A stretch of DNA of 64,000 bases from the human T2T-CHM13v2.0 reference genome, Homo sapiens. This document shows positions 15,587 through 35,305 of the stretch, in pieces. The DNA is taken from the NCBI RefSeq assembly GCF_009914755.1, contig NC_060943.1. One strand, written 5' to 3'. The position numbers were made by a program, and so were the translations under genes. The first letter of the stretch is position 1, and each line of letters starts with the position of its first letter. The notes beneath the pieces are model-generated. The model did no database searches and was not told the DNA's origin. It was given only the letters and a program-made list of their open reading frames with translations.

Positions 15587-16135
15587 TAGGACAAATTTTT
15601 ATGATGTGCTAATGCACACAGAAGAACACAGCATCACTGTTGTAATATTCCTCCCAAAAAAAGTAAATTATAGTCCGAATGTAACCATAAACATCAGTTT
15701 TAGGCCAGGCATGGTGGCTCATGCCTGTGATAGCAATTTGGGAGGCTGCGGCGGGAGGATCACAAGGTCAGGAGTTCGAGACCAGCATGACTAACATGGT
15801 ATAACCCCATCTCTATTAAAAATACAAAAATTAGCCGGGTGTTGTGGCAAGCACCTGTAATCCTGGCTACTCAGCATGCTAAGGCAGAATTGCTTGAACC
15901 TGGGAGGTGAAGGTTGTGGTGAGCCGAGATCATGCCACTGTGCTCCAGCCTCAGTGACAAAGCCAGACTCCGTGTCAAAAAAAAAAAAAAAAGAATCATC
16001 AGTTGTATACAAACTTTAAAATACAGAAAACTCTATGTTCAGTAACTTTTAGTAGTAATTTTAAGTAGGCTTCATTTAGCATCCTAAAGAGCAGGTATCT
16101 CCTAATAATTTTTTTCAGAACTTTCTGGGTAATAA

Positions 16136-16487
<352 letters not shown>

Positions 16488-19400
16488 TAATCCTCTTCTG
16501 CATAGAGCTAATGGAACACACAGCTGGAGCCTCAACATTACATGTTCTCCATCTTTACTAAGGACCACAGTTTTCCCCAATAGAAATCTTGAGTATCCAC
16601 ATCTTTCCATGTTCAACAGCCACAAAGGGAACATTTTTAATATTGCAGATCATAAATTCTTGCTGAGAATTCTGCATGGCATATAAGAAGCTATGATGCG
16701 GAGAATAAGGAGAAGGCTCTGAAATATAGGAAAGAAATATTTTTCAGACTCTTGACTATCGTAAGAATTTAAAGAAGTAATTAAGCCAAACTCATTAGGG
16801 AGGAAAAACACAAGTAGACAAGTAAAGGTTTGTGAGTACTAAACGCATGGCAGTCCAGGAGGCAGAGTCGACATAGCTCTTCATCTGACACATGTTTACC
16901 TGAAGAAAAGCCACTTTTTTTTCTTTCTCCTCCTTCTCTGGATTCCTTCTCAGATGAGATTCTCTAGACAAGTTACACCTGTTATCTTGAGACTATGTCT
17001 TTAAAGGTGTCAGTACCACATGTTTACCTGCTAGCATAACATCAACTGGCAGAAAAATAAAGACAGAAAAAGTCCACCCATTTCTGTCCTTTACAACAGA
17101 AGACATTCAGGAACAATGAGCTGCTCCATGAAGATAAAAATATAAATTTCTCTTTGCTGTCCTCAGATGCTCTCCCCTGCCACGGACACCAGCCATTTCT
17201 GCTACAGTAATGGAAATAAGCGCCACACTGACTTGTCCCTACCAAACGCAAACAGAACAGGCCCTGTGACCACCCTTTAGGGCAAAGGTGGAACTTAACT
17301 CTCATGAATGTATTTTGAACCCCTCATACTTGGTTCTGGTCTCACCTTAGAGTCACATAAGGGACTCCATGGATGCTTCCACCCAGAACAATAAACAGAA
17401 GCTGTGCGGAGGACACAAGGAATTTCTGCAAATTGGCCATGTGATTCTAATGAGAAGCCTGGGTTGATAACCACGGAGCTAAGCATTTTCTCTCAAGCTT
17501 TAATGAGCTTATAAATCACTTGGTAATTTTGGCCCCAATTTATGTAATGTGACTCTGGAGGTTTGAAAAGGGTCCATGAATGGGTGTTTTAAACAAGTTC
17601 CCTTTCAATGCTGATGTTGCTCCCCCCGCCCCTTGGCGCATTAGCATTAGTTAGAGAAAGCAGGTACAGCACAAGGTCTCTTATTACTTAGCACTCTTGT
17701 CACAACCAAATACTTCTCGTACAAATAAGGACAACCCATCTCCATCCAAAAGTTTTATATCCTTTGCTGGTTCTTTAAAGTTTACAGAAAAAACAGAAGG
17801 CAGCAATGTCTGAAGAAGTCTGGATTTAAAAAACAACATGTACACACGTACTAATGCAATGTTTATTAAGCAGGTACTATGTGCTCAAGAGTATGATACA
17901 GAGCACTGTGCTGGGCGTAACATATTACGTGATTTAATTCTCATAACACCCTGGGAGCCGGTACTAAGTGTATGATAATTTTCAGGATTTAGGTAAAGGG
18001 CCCAGGATTTTTATTGCTTCTTCTGTTTCTCTGCCATCAAATTTGTTAAAAAAAAAAACCATAAAAAATTAAAACTAAATATAGACAGATGAAAGAAATA
18101 TGGAAGGCAAGAGTTTAATGTAGTTCAGAGAAAATTTTATTCTGTTTATATTTACATTTTTGTGACTTGTGGAGCAATTACTGGATATGCAAGAATGGAA
18201 AACAAGTCCCTAAATAGAATGTCTCTGCAAACACTGGTTTTAATATAAAATTTAAAAACTAAGACCCTATAACACATAATTTATTTTTCCCATTTATCTG
18301 CTTTTGGATTTCAGGAAATTCTAAGCACCAGCTCTAGAAAGACAACAGGATTCACCAGCCAAAACTCTGACCTCTTCTACCTGTGAGACAAGACTCCAGG
18401 GTAGGGTCAGACGTAAATAAGGCCTCCAAAAAGGGTGAATCTCAACAGAACTGGGTCAGGAAGTGGACCCTATGTAGAATTCTGTTCTCTATGTCACTGG
18501 GGTATTTCCAGTTTTGTTTTTTCTAAACTTACCTAAAATAAACTTAAATCCCAGAGTCTGTGTAATTTTAATCTTTTCCAGCCACTGCCCTGTCAACTTT
18601 ATATTATATGCTAATATGCAATTTAAACAAATCCCTTAAGGTTTTCAAGGGTAAGTTTATTAGGAAACAAATATGTTCACTTAACAGGATGAAAGAAATA
18701 GAAATACGGCTGGGCCTGGTGGCTCATGCCTGTAATCTCAACACTTTGGGAAGCTGAGGTAGGTGGATCACGAGGTCAGGAGTTCAAGACCAGACTAACC
18801 AAGATTTTGAAACCCCGTCTCTACTAAAATTACAAAAATTAGCTGGGTGTGGTGGCAGGCACCTGTAATCCCAGCTACTTGGGAGGCTGAGGCAGGAGAA
18901 TCACTTGAACCCAAATGTCAGAGTTTGTGGTGAGTCGAGATTGTGCCACTGAACTCCAGCCTGGGTGACAGAGGGAGACTCCATATCAAAAAAAAAAAAA
19001 AAGAAATTATAACAACAATTCTTCTGTTCATAAATATCCTTTCAAGTACAGACATCAGAAGTCACAACAATATAAAGTGGCAAATAATGTCCAATATTTT
19101 GGACATATCTATTTGTTATACCAACCATATGATGCATAATTCAAGTATTTATCTAGTTGCTAGTCTAGACTAAGTTTCTGGATTGTAGGAACCATGGCTG
19201 CTTCATGTTTTATTTTAACGGTCATATGAAATGGAAGCTACTAGTTTATCTGTTTGGGTCTCCAGATCTCCTCCTTGTTTATCATCCCAGTACCAGGAAA
19301 CTGGAGAAACTCTCATCTGGGTACCAACCTAAGACACCTCTTGTATGAGGGGATGAACAAACAGGATGATTCATTTCTCTTACACTGAGAAAGAAGCAGA

Positions 19401-21306
19401 ATTAACCACTCTTGTCAGCCTGACACAATTCTGCTCTGGACATCCTCAAATGTCTCAAAGACCACTAGATGATTGTGAGAGAATTCCCAGTGACCTGGGG
19501 CTGGTGGCCCAATGATAAGCCAGGCTAGAGACTCAGGCTGATTCTAAATAGGAAATAGAACTGCCTTGGTGGAGCTACAGAACCTGGATCACCTGTCCTG
19601 ATTTGCTAGCTCTTGTGTAAGAGAAAGAACACAAATACTCTACTCCAGTATCACATTTTACAGGTAAATATAGTTGTGGTCATAACTGGATATTTTGTGG
19701 CCTTGTTCTCTCACTCTTAAGATGCTTTTTTTTTACACTTACACATATTCTGTCATCAGATTCTATTTCCTTCTGGAGGTTCTCACATCACTGTAGCAGG
19801 TCAATGAACAAGATGTGAAAAATCTCACAGAACCACACTCCCAAATGGGAGCTGTAAGCTGTCTAGGTTGACATCTCACAATGCAGAAAATGCCTTTTCT
19901 TAGTTTTCTGTACATTCTCTATCCAAAGTCCGGTCCTTTTTTGTAAATCCCAGGCAGAGGCCAGATGTTATCTGCAGATTCTAGGTAGGATCCACCTGGC
20001 TCTGCATCCTTTGGTGTTACAGCAAGTGGAGTACAAACGAAGGAGAGATCCCCCCCATAGAGGCTGCTCTAGCACATTCTAAATGATAAGTCTACATGAA
20101 AAAAAAAAAAAAGCTGACACAACATGAATATAAGTAGACAGTTTATTTGGGTAAAGTTTACAGATTATATATAACCTGCGAGCAAAGATTAAAGTTGCCT
20201 GGAATCTACACTTTGAGTAGCAGCATTTACAAGAAGATTTGTAAAGACAATAAGAGAAACACAGAGTGGGCAAAATTGTTTGTCAGAAATTTCTATTTAT
20301 TTACAAAAATAACATTGATTATTGATTAGATACATATCATTATAGTTTAGGGTATGGGATATAGTGTCCAATGTAGCATTATTAGTTTAATTTATAGCTA
20401 CATGTGGCAATAGTGAACAGTCTCAAAAGATGAATACAGAATTCAAAGGGAGGAGAAAGACATAATTGCACTTTTATTTTAACGTCTCTGAGTTTGATAA
20501 CTAAAAGGACTTGCATTTTTCAGATAAAAGTTTTTTAATTCCCAAATCTCAAGACCTGGATTCAAAATATGGAGCTGCAGATTTAGGGCTTGAGTGGCTG
20601 GAGTAGCACGCATGTTACCTGCACATTTGTGAGCTTTTTAGCAAGAGAAGGAAGAAAGAAATGGAGATTTTCTTGTCTACATGTCTACTCACTACACACG
20701 TTACTCTACTTGGGTTTGTTGGCCCCATGGTCTCTGAATCAGTTTCAGGTTTGAAGATAAAAGAGTCACTGAAAGAGGTAAAATGATTGATTGCTGCCCT
20801 GTGAAATTTATAGAAATCTGATCTAGACTCTCTAGAAGTGACTGTAGAGGACTATAGATAAGAAATAGGCAGAAACACAATTCGGCCTGCACATTTAGGG
20901 TATGGCATGCACTTTTCTGCACAAGTGTGAATTTACTGGAAGCCTGAGAGGGAATGTCCCCTCGAGTAAATTCTGGTTGGCCCTTATGTGTTTATATCAT
21001 GTCTGGTAATTCTAGACTGTTTGGAAACAATAATTAAAAGAAAAATTTTCTCCAGCCCCAGAGAAACTCCACAATAACAGAACAGAAAGAAAATGGTTTT
21101 ATTACACAATTAAACTTGAATGTGACATGCATCAGTCAATCTGCTTAAGAGACTGCAAAGATAGAAAGATGGTCACCATAATTAGTTCACAAGTAGAAGA
21201 ATTTCCAGCACCATGTCATACATAGTTCATCCTAAATTCACCTGGAGATTGAAGAGGACATCTGTGTATGCTAATTACTTATATTCAATGACAAATAAAC
21301 TTTTCA

Positions 21307-21567
<261 letters not shown>

Positions 21568-21957
21568 CTATATTGAAATACATCTTACAACTTCCAACAA
21601 CACATTTTGATGAAAAAATAGAATCTGACTGTGTTCATATACTGGAATATATTAGAACTTGCAACATAGCTAATTGAAGAGCTACTATAGTTTTTGGGTG
21701 GCCACATCACCTGTCTTTATTTGTCCTGTAACAGCAGCATACAAATTTAGTGAAATAAAAGATACTAAAATTGTGTTTCCTCATAATTATCCTGAATGAA
21801 TAAAGTAATAAACATGTCTGACTAATATCTACTAACTGTAACAATTTGGTTGTAAATATTCTTTGGATATTAGATATAAATATCTAAGTATGAACAATTT
21901 TAATGAACTAGTCATAATGTATGTAGCATTAAAAAAATTAAAACCATACATCAGTTA

Positions 21958-22510
<553 letters not shown>

Positions 22511-23502
22511 TCCATACTTCAGTTAAAACATTTTATATTTCAAAAGCATAAATAACAGTATTAAAATAACCATTTAAGTGATTAATTCAAAGTAAATATT
22601 GTGGCTTTGTATTCATACTATTTTAGAAAATACTGTTTATGGCTCACGCCTGTAATCCCAGCACTTTGGGAGGCTGTGGTGGGTGGATCACCTGAGGTCA
22701 GCAGTTCAAGTTCAAGCTGGCAAACATGGTAATACCCCATCTCTACTATAAATACAAAAATTCAGCCAGGCATGGTGATGCATGCCTGTAAACCCAGCTA
22801 CTCAGGGTACTGAGGTAGGAGAATCACTTCAACCTGGGAGGCAGCAGTTGTAGGGAGCAGAGATCACACAACTGCACTCCAGCCTCGGCAACAGAGTGAG
22901 ACTGTCTCAAAAAAAAAAAAAATGAAAATATGGTTTAATTTATATGAATGCAGATTATCTACAAAGATAACTGCTAATTGCTCTGAAATAATAAACAGAA
23001 AGCAAGGTACAACTACAGACTCAACTGTTCAGTTTATACCCTGAACTGTTCTTGCTTTCGCAGTATAAGTACTTCAGCCTGCAAATATTGGATAGTTACC
23101 TTGGATTATCAGGTTTCTGTCAAAGAAACTGAGTATCATTTAGTCTTTATTATTCTGTATTGCTACCTTTACTCCTATCTTTGTGCTAAGCTTCTGTGTG
23201 CTCTTAAAATGAGCTTGTATCTAAACAAATCTGTGTCTACCTTAAAGGAATAAAAATCAAAAAAATAAACTTTTCGGAACCAAAAACAAAGCAATACATC
23301 TTAAGTACTTATAATAATCTGGAGTCAGAAAAAATGACAAAACTTTTATTTAGCTGTTGACATGATTTACATATATTTCAAACAAGCAGAGAAAAATATC
23401 TACATATATTCTAAATCCCTTAAGAAAAGAGGGAATAGCGGCCAGGCACGGTGGCTCATGCCTGCAATCCCAACACTTTGGGAAGCCAAGGCAGGTGGAT
23501 CA

Positions 23503-25923
<2,421 letters not shown>

Positions 25924-26454
25924 TCCCTGCGTGGGAGAGAGTGCAATGTAGGTGAATGGACTGATTTTCATTACAGATAGTGGCCCAGGTGGGGCTGTTT
26001 TCTGATTTATCTTTGTTTGCATGCAGACAGATGAGATTATAACCGGGAGGTCCAGAACCTTAGGTTGGTGGAAAAAACAGGTTGGTGCGGCAGATTCTGT
26101 ATCTAGGGGTGGGGATATGCCAGGAGACCTGTAGAGACTTTTGGGTTCTTGGCAAGAAACGCTAGGATCAAAAATGCCATGGTGAAGTTCCTGAGGGTGG
26201 TGCCCAGTACTGGGAGGAGTGAGGACATGTCAATGTCTACTGTGTGTGTTTAGGAGTGGGTGGGAATCCTGTGGTGGCAGCTACAAGAAAACAGGGTCTG
26301 TCATCAGAACTCTTTCCTCTAAGTTTTCAGTCTTCTGTCACCCTGGAAGAAGACCTTAAATCACAGGACAACAGGCAGTGTGACAGCCTGTGTACAGGAG
26401 AGCAGAGCCTCCCATTTTCAAATACCCAGAGCTTTGTTCCAGGTCTGGCCCCAG

Positions 26455-27266
<812 letters not shown>

Positions 27267-28245
27267 TGACTTGCGGTGATCCGTCCGCCTAGGCCTCCCA
27301 AACTGCTGGGATTACATGCCTGAGCCATGGCGCTCAGCCTAAAATATTTCTTAATCAAACTTTACTTAAGTTTATCTCCATCCCTCAGGCTAGTGAGGGA
27401 TGGAGATAAGCCATCTCCAATGTAGGAGAAAAGCCCTTTTCTGCCTACATTTTTGCAACCCATGAAGATTTTTTAGTTAGCTGGTACTTCTTCCTGTTGC
27501 AATACTTCTTAGGAATTCATTTTTTTTTTACATAAATCTAATATTCTTATTTTAGAAAGCGTAAAAAGTGCCTCAAAACCATAACAACTTCATTACCAGT
27601 AAGACCCTCCCAGTTTCCTTTCATCTTAATCTTGACTGCATCTGCCTGTGGGGCCCCAGCTTTCCAAGGCTTTGTAGCTTCTTTCAGAATGAAGGCTCCT
27701 TCCGTGGCTGGGGTGAGCAGTCTTGAGATATCCGCAAGGGAGACTCCCCAGAAAAAAATAACAGGGCCTTTAATAACCTCCTGTTGGCCGGGTGCGGTGG
27801 CTCACACCGATAATGCCAGCACTTTGGGAGGCCGAAGCGGGTCTGAGGCAGAGAGTTCAAGACCAGCCTGACAAACATGGAGAAAACCCGTCTCTACTAA
27901 ACACCAAAATTAGCCGGGCGTGATGGTGCATGCCTGTAATCCCAGCTACTGGTGGGGCTGAGGTAGGAGAATCGCTTGAACCCAGTAAGCCGAGATCACG
28001 CCATTACATTCCAGCCTGGGCACCACAAGCGACACTGTGTCTAAAAAAAAAAAAAAAAAAAAAAAAATACCCTGTTGCAGGCTTAATATTAGCCTTAGCT
28101 TGGAGTCACTAGGTTCAAGCTTTAATGTCCACATCAGTTATTCACTTGGTTTTTGAAACTAAGTGTTAGAAACTCCAGTGAAATTACTCACAATGTTTAC
28201 ATAAAGGAATTTTTAAGATGCTTACTTTTTTTTTCTTTTTTTTGA

Positions 28246-28440
<195 letters not shown>

Positions 28441-28518
28441 TAGAACTCCTGACCACGTGATCCACCTGCCTCGGCCTCCGAAGTGCTGGGATTACAGGCT
28501 TGAGCCACCGCGCCCAGC

Positions 28519-28763
28519 AAGAAAGGGGTTTTGAACCCTAATGCAGTTCCTGTTTTTGTTTCCATCCCCTATTGGCTGGGATCAGACCGCACAATCTAAG
28601 CTGATCCTGGTAAGCTTAGACCCAAACTTTTTCCAAATAAAGTAAATGCGCGATTTGCGAGAAAAGGAAAAGGGGGTAGAAGAAGAGGTAGGGTTGATTT
28701 ACAACTTTTACAACTTATGACCAGAAAGTTGAGTCATTTAAAAGGAACTTAGTTGTCCTAACA
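28519..28763 (-). mobile_element. Truncated ERV1 LTR (LTR10-like) in ZNF626 intron 1
   Basis: The reverse complement begins TGTTAGGACAACTAAGTTCC and contains cagccaataggggat...tagggttcaaaacccct; it is cut at an Alu and absent from the paralog. Confidence 0.55.
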
Positions 28764-28779
28764 CCTCTTTACCTCAAGT

Positions 28780-29520
28780 GATCCGCCCGCCTCGGCCTCC
28801 CAAAACGTTGGGATTACAGGCGTGAGCCACAGCGTCCGGCCCCATACATTTTTAATAGGAGAAAAGAGAAACTGTAAACCCAAAGGAACAAAGCTCTTCC
28901 CATTCATGAACCCGCACCCCGAGTCAGGATTCTCCCCTGCCCACCCTCCCCTGGTCCCTGCACAATCTGGGAGAGACGCCACGCTGCGGGTGCAGAGCTG
29001 CCCAGAGAGGGCTCCAGGCCAGGGTAGTCACCGCGCAGTGAAGAGACAAGACGCCCGGGTGCCGGCTGTCAGCGCAGCTGCCATTTTATGGCTGAACAGG
29101 ACTGAGGCCGAGCTGAGCAAGGAGAACTGGGGGAGCAGACTGTGGAGCTGACTGCGGGGAGGCCTGAGTCCCGCCACAGCCACTTTTCACCGGTTCCAAC
29201 CAGTCCCTCTCCTCTCTCGGGATGTCGGACCCTCACTCTCACCATTTTTGGCTTCCAGGAGGTCCCGGTGTCTTAGCTGTGGATCTCCCAATACCTGCAG
29301 GACACGGGGCCACACAGCCTGGGCCTTTAGGAGAAGTAAGAACCAGACCTGGAGCTCTGACTGCAGCGAGAGACAAAGGCCGCACCAAACCCGGAAACCG
29401 TCCTCTTCGCTCCAGCTGCGTTCCTGATTGGATGGTTTCCAGCCCACCATCCCTGATTGGATAATGCTTAAGGCCCCGCCCCCTGAGGCCCTGAGTGACA
29501 GTAGATGTGATCAGACGCTG
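28780..29520 (-). promoter_or_regulatory. ZNF626: CpG-island promoter of ZNF626
   Basis: CpG-rich; ETS-like CCGGAAA 29391-29397; two CCAAT boxes (ctgattgg 29424-29431 and 29453-29460); GC box ggccccgcccc 29472-29482; intronic YY1-like AAAATGGC 29087-29080. Confidence 0.88.
29243..29400 (-). CDS. ZNF626: Exon 1: 5'UTR plus start ATG (29245-29243); TSS approximate
   Basis: ...GGTATTGGGAGATCCACAGCTAAGACACCGGGACCTCCTGGAAGCCAAAAATG|GTGAGAGT is the typical ZNF91-family first exon ending in ATG plus a GT donor. Confidence 0.9.
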
Positions 29521-30178
29521 AGCTGAGAGAAGAAAGAGTGACAGCCTAAGCTGCAGCCTTTTCAGGCAGGGCTTCCTTCCTGAGCTGAGCCAGGCCCACC
29601 CCAGAGCATGGGAGAATTCTATCTTTTCTTTACTCTCTCTCTTTTTGAATGTATTCAAAAGGTGAACAGAAGTATTTTGCTCTCATATTAATAATACATA
29701 AAATTTTTGTTCAAGAGAAAATCAACTTTTACTTTGGCAATAATGTATTATCAATACTAAAGGTAATTTTGATAAAACCTTATAAAAAATCAAATTTGTC
29801 ATTTTTGACCTCTCGAGATTTACATACATATTTTGTAATCTAATGTAATTTTTTAACTTTTTATATTTTATTTTTATCTACATTCTTTTTATTTTTTCAA
29901 TTTGAAACAACCTTTAAGTAATTTCAAACTGTTACAAGAGACAAAGAAATCATTTAGGGCCAGTCCGCTGGTGCACGCTTGTAATCCAAGCACTTTGGGA
30001 GGCCAAAGTGGGTGGATCACTTCAGGTCAGGAGTTCAAGACCAGCCTGGCCAACATGTTGAATCTCATCTCTAGTAAAAACACAAAAAATTAGCCAGGTG
30101 TGGTGGTACACACCTGTAGTCCCAGGTGCTACGGCGGCTGAAGCAGGGGAATCGCTTGAACCCAGGAGGCGGAGGTTG

Positions 30179-30239
30179 TGTAACGGCCTAAGGGCTTCAT
30201 CTTGCCTAGACAGAGATGATTCATCAAGACAGGGGAATT
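30179..30239 (-). mobile_element. Short MER51-group LTR terminal fragment
   Basis: tgtaacggcctaagggcttcatcttgcctagacagag..gattcatcaagacaggggaatt; abuts a 3'-truncated Alu (29958-30178). Confidence 0.6.
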
Positions 30240-31009
30240 TGTGGAGGAAAAGTTAAATATTAAATTTCAACTCAGTTGAACATGGACACAAACAATGGTC
30301 ACCAAGTCCTGGAACAGGTTATGTGAGCCCCTTGAGGCATTCACCTGCCGACCTTCCCCTGGTCCCTGCACAATCTGGGAGAGACGCCATGCTGCAGGTG
30401 CAGAGCTGCCCAAAGTGGGCTCCAGGCCAGGGCACAGTCACAGCGCAGTGAAGAGGCAGGACTTCTGGGGGCCTGGCTGTCAGCGCAGCTGCCATCTTCT
30501 GGCTGAATGGGACTGAGGCCAAGCTGGGCAAAGAGAACTGGGCACAGATTGTTTTGGAGAAATCTCTATTTTAATCTATTCCTATACGTTAGTTATTGAA
30601 AAACAATAGCCAATCGCAAAAAAAACAAGTTGACTTTTTTGTGTTCCTTGAGCCCAGTTGCAAAGAGCCCAGTTGCAACTGGGCCTCATGCCAAACAACT
30701 TGTTACAAAAAGAGCTAGGATCCCAGACTGCACCAAAGCTCCAAAGACCTCTCCTTGTCTGTGCAGGGATGGGTGGCCGACTCTGGAGCCCAGGCTGTTG
30801 CTTCCTGGTCTGCTGATGAATCCTCCATAGTCTGGTGAGTGTAAAGATATATATTTTTTCTCTTCTCCCCTTCCCATTGCAATGCTCTTATTATATCAAT
30901 TTGCTTATTATATATGCATTGCCATTTACCTGGGATAAAGCTTGTTTACCCTTAAAGGTATTGTGTGTGTGTCTTTTCTTCTCCCCTCATGTGTTTCCTG
31001 CACAGAACA
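30240..31009 (+). mobile_element. Solo ERV LTR (family uncertain, possibly LTR66) containing a ~208-bp insertion of ZNF intron-1 DNA
   Basis: TG...CA termini (tgtggaggaaaagttaaat...cacagaaca); the flanks gaatt and tattt do not form a TSD. Confidence 0.7.
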
Positions 31010-33358
<2,349 letters not shown>

Positions 33359-33755
33359 TGGCTGTGGCAGGACTCAGGCCTGCCGCACTCAGCTCCAAAA
33401 TCTGCTCCCGGAGTTTTTCTCGCCCAGCTCGGCCTCTGTTCCCTTCAGCCATAACATGTTTCTCTTCCCTGCGCAGTGACTGCGCCCTGGCCTGGAGCCC
33501 TCTCTGGGCAGCTCTGCACCCGCAGCGCGGCGTCTCTCCCAGATTGTGCAGGGACCAGGGCAGGGTAGGCAGGGGAGATTCCTGACTGGGCTGCGGGTTC
33601 ACGAATGGAAAGAGCTTTGGCCCGTGGGGTTCACAGTTTTTCTTTTCTCCTATTAAAAATGTATGGGGCCAGGTGCTGTCGCTCACGCCTGTAATCCCAG
33701 CACTTCGGGAGGCCGAGGCGGGCGGATCACTTGTCAGGAGTTGAAGACCAGCCTA

Positions 33756-33941
<186 letters not shown>

Positions 33942-34770
33942 TCAAAAAAAAAAAAAAAAAAAAAGGAAGTCACCGCAAAAATAACAAGTAATTTAAAGAG
34001 TGATTCAAGAATTGTAGAGCACCCAGCTACAGTTTGTAGTTTGTGGTCCATGGGAGAGGCTTGAAGAAAAGACATTTATAAGGTGCATGATGAAGAACAC
34101 TAAATTCAATAATTGGTTAGATATAGTTAGGTAGTTTCTTAATTTGTACAATCAAGGTGGAAATTTCCTGATTATGTAATCAGAGCTTAATTGGCATTTT
34201 ATAGTTGTTTAAGCTTGAATTGTGTTTCCCCTAATGTAGCGATTTACCAAAAAATGCACTCGAGTTTATATTTTTTTCTTAGAAGTAGCAATCCAGGGAA
34301 TAGAGCCTCTTCAGTCTCTCAGACTCCTAAAGTCTAATTGCCTGCCACTTAATTATTTTCACACCCCACAGGGGACTGATTTTCTCTGGCATTTTTCACA
34401 TGTGTCCCAAGTGGGGCCTCAAGTGTACCCCATGTTCCTCAATTAATCATTTTTAACACTATTAAATAAATTTGTTTTCTGTTTGTAAATATCTCCCCTG
34501 AGAAGAAAGAAAAGAATAATCCCCTGACACTGTATTGTAAAAATATTTGTGCCTCTTTTTCTTCTATTTTTCCAGAGAACTTACCGGAATGTTTTTAGGT
34601 CAAGATTACCCTTCGGAAACTTTATAGGGTGATGTGTCCTCAGCTATCCTTCAGTTTTTTTTCTGGGCCTGGGTTTTAGTACTTTCTGGGGATAAACCAA
34701 GATACCCACCATGGCTATGTCTGCTGGAGTGTCTAGTGACTATTAGCTCTTGGGTCATTTTCTCCCATAG

Positions 34771-34877
34771 GACCACGTGAAGTATGGAGTGTAGCCTCTC
34801 AAGGGAGCAGGTGGCAGCCCTGGGGCTGAAAGGCATCTCCTGGTGCACTTTTTTTTTTTTTTTTTTTTTTTGAAAAA
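34771..34877 (+). pseudogene. Relic of the ZNF100/ZNF430/ZNF431-type extra N-terminal exon
   Basis: Acceptor ttttctcccatag|, then DHVKYGV*PLKGAGGSPGAERHLLVH (cf. [27 protein letters not shown] as recalled); TAG at 34792-34794, poly-T expansion, no GT donor. Confidence 0.72.
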
Positions 34878-35266
34878 CTAACTCCTTGAGACATGAAGAT
34901 TGTCTTCAACCAACCTAGCTTCCATTTCTTGGAGACACATTGCTGGGCAGCCAATCAGATGCTGATATTGAGGGGAAAACAGATAATTTCTGCCCCCTGG
35001 ATTCTCTTGAGTGGGGCAGAAAAATAGTGACAAAAAATAGTGAAAAATTTGGAAAAAAAAAAAAAAAAACTCCAACAGACAAAAAAAACTGACCCCAGTG
35101 TGATGGCATAAAAACTTATGAAGTAAAATGTACCTGGGGCACTCACTGGGGCATAGCGCACTATCTCCTGGGAGGGTGGTTATTGAGCATGTAAGTGAAC
35201 AGGATGGGATAGGTAATTGGATGTGTACCTTGAAAAGATTTGTTCACTTATTTTGACCTCAGGTAT

Positions 35267-35305
<39 letters not shown>

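Noticed and set aside
17040-21300. Possible ERV-internal sequence or extra exons in ZNF626 intron 1
   Set aside because: I could not assign a family, an ORF or convincing paired splice sites by eye; this needs RepeatMasker and RNA-seq.
29239-29658. 139-aa ORF across the promoter and exon 1
   Set aside because: Starts upstream of the likely TSS, is out of frame with the KRAB ATG and reflects GC richness.
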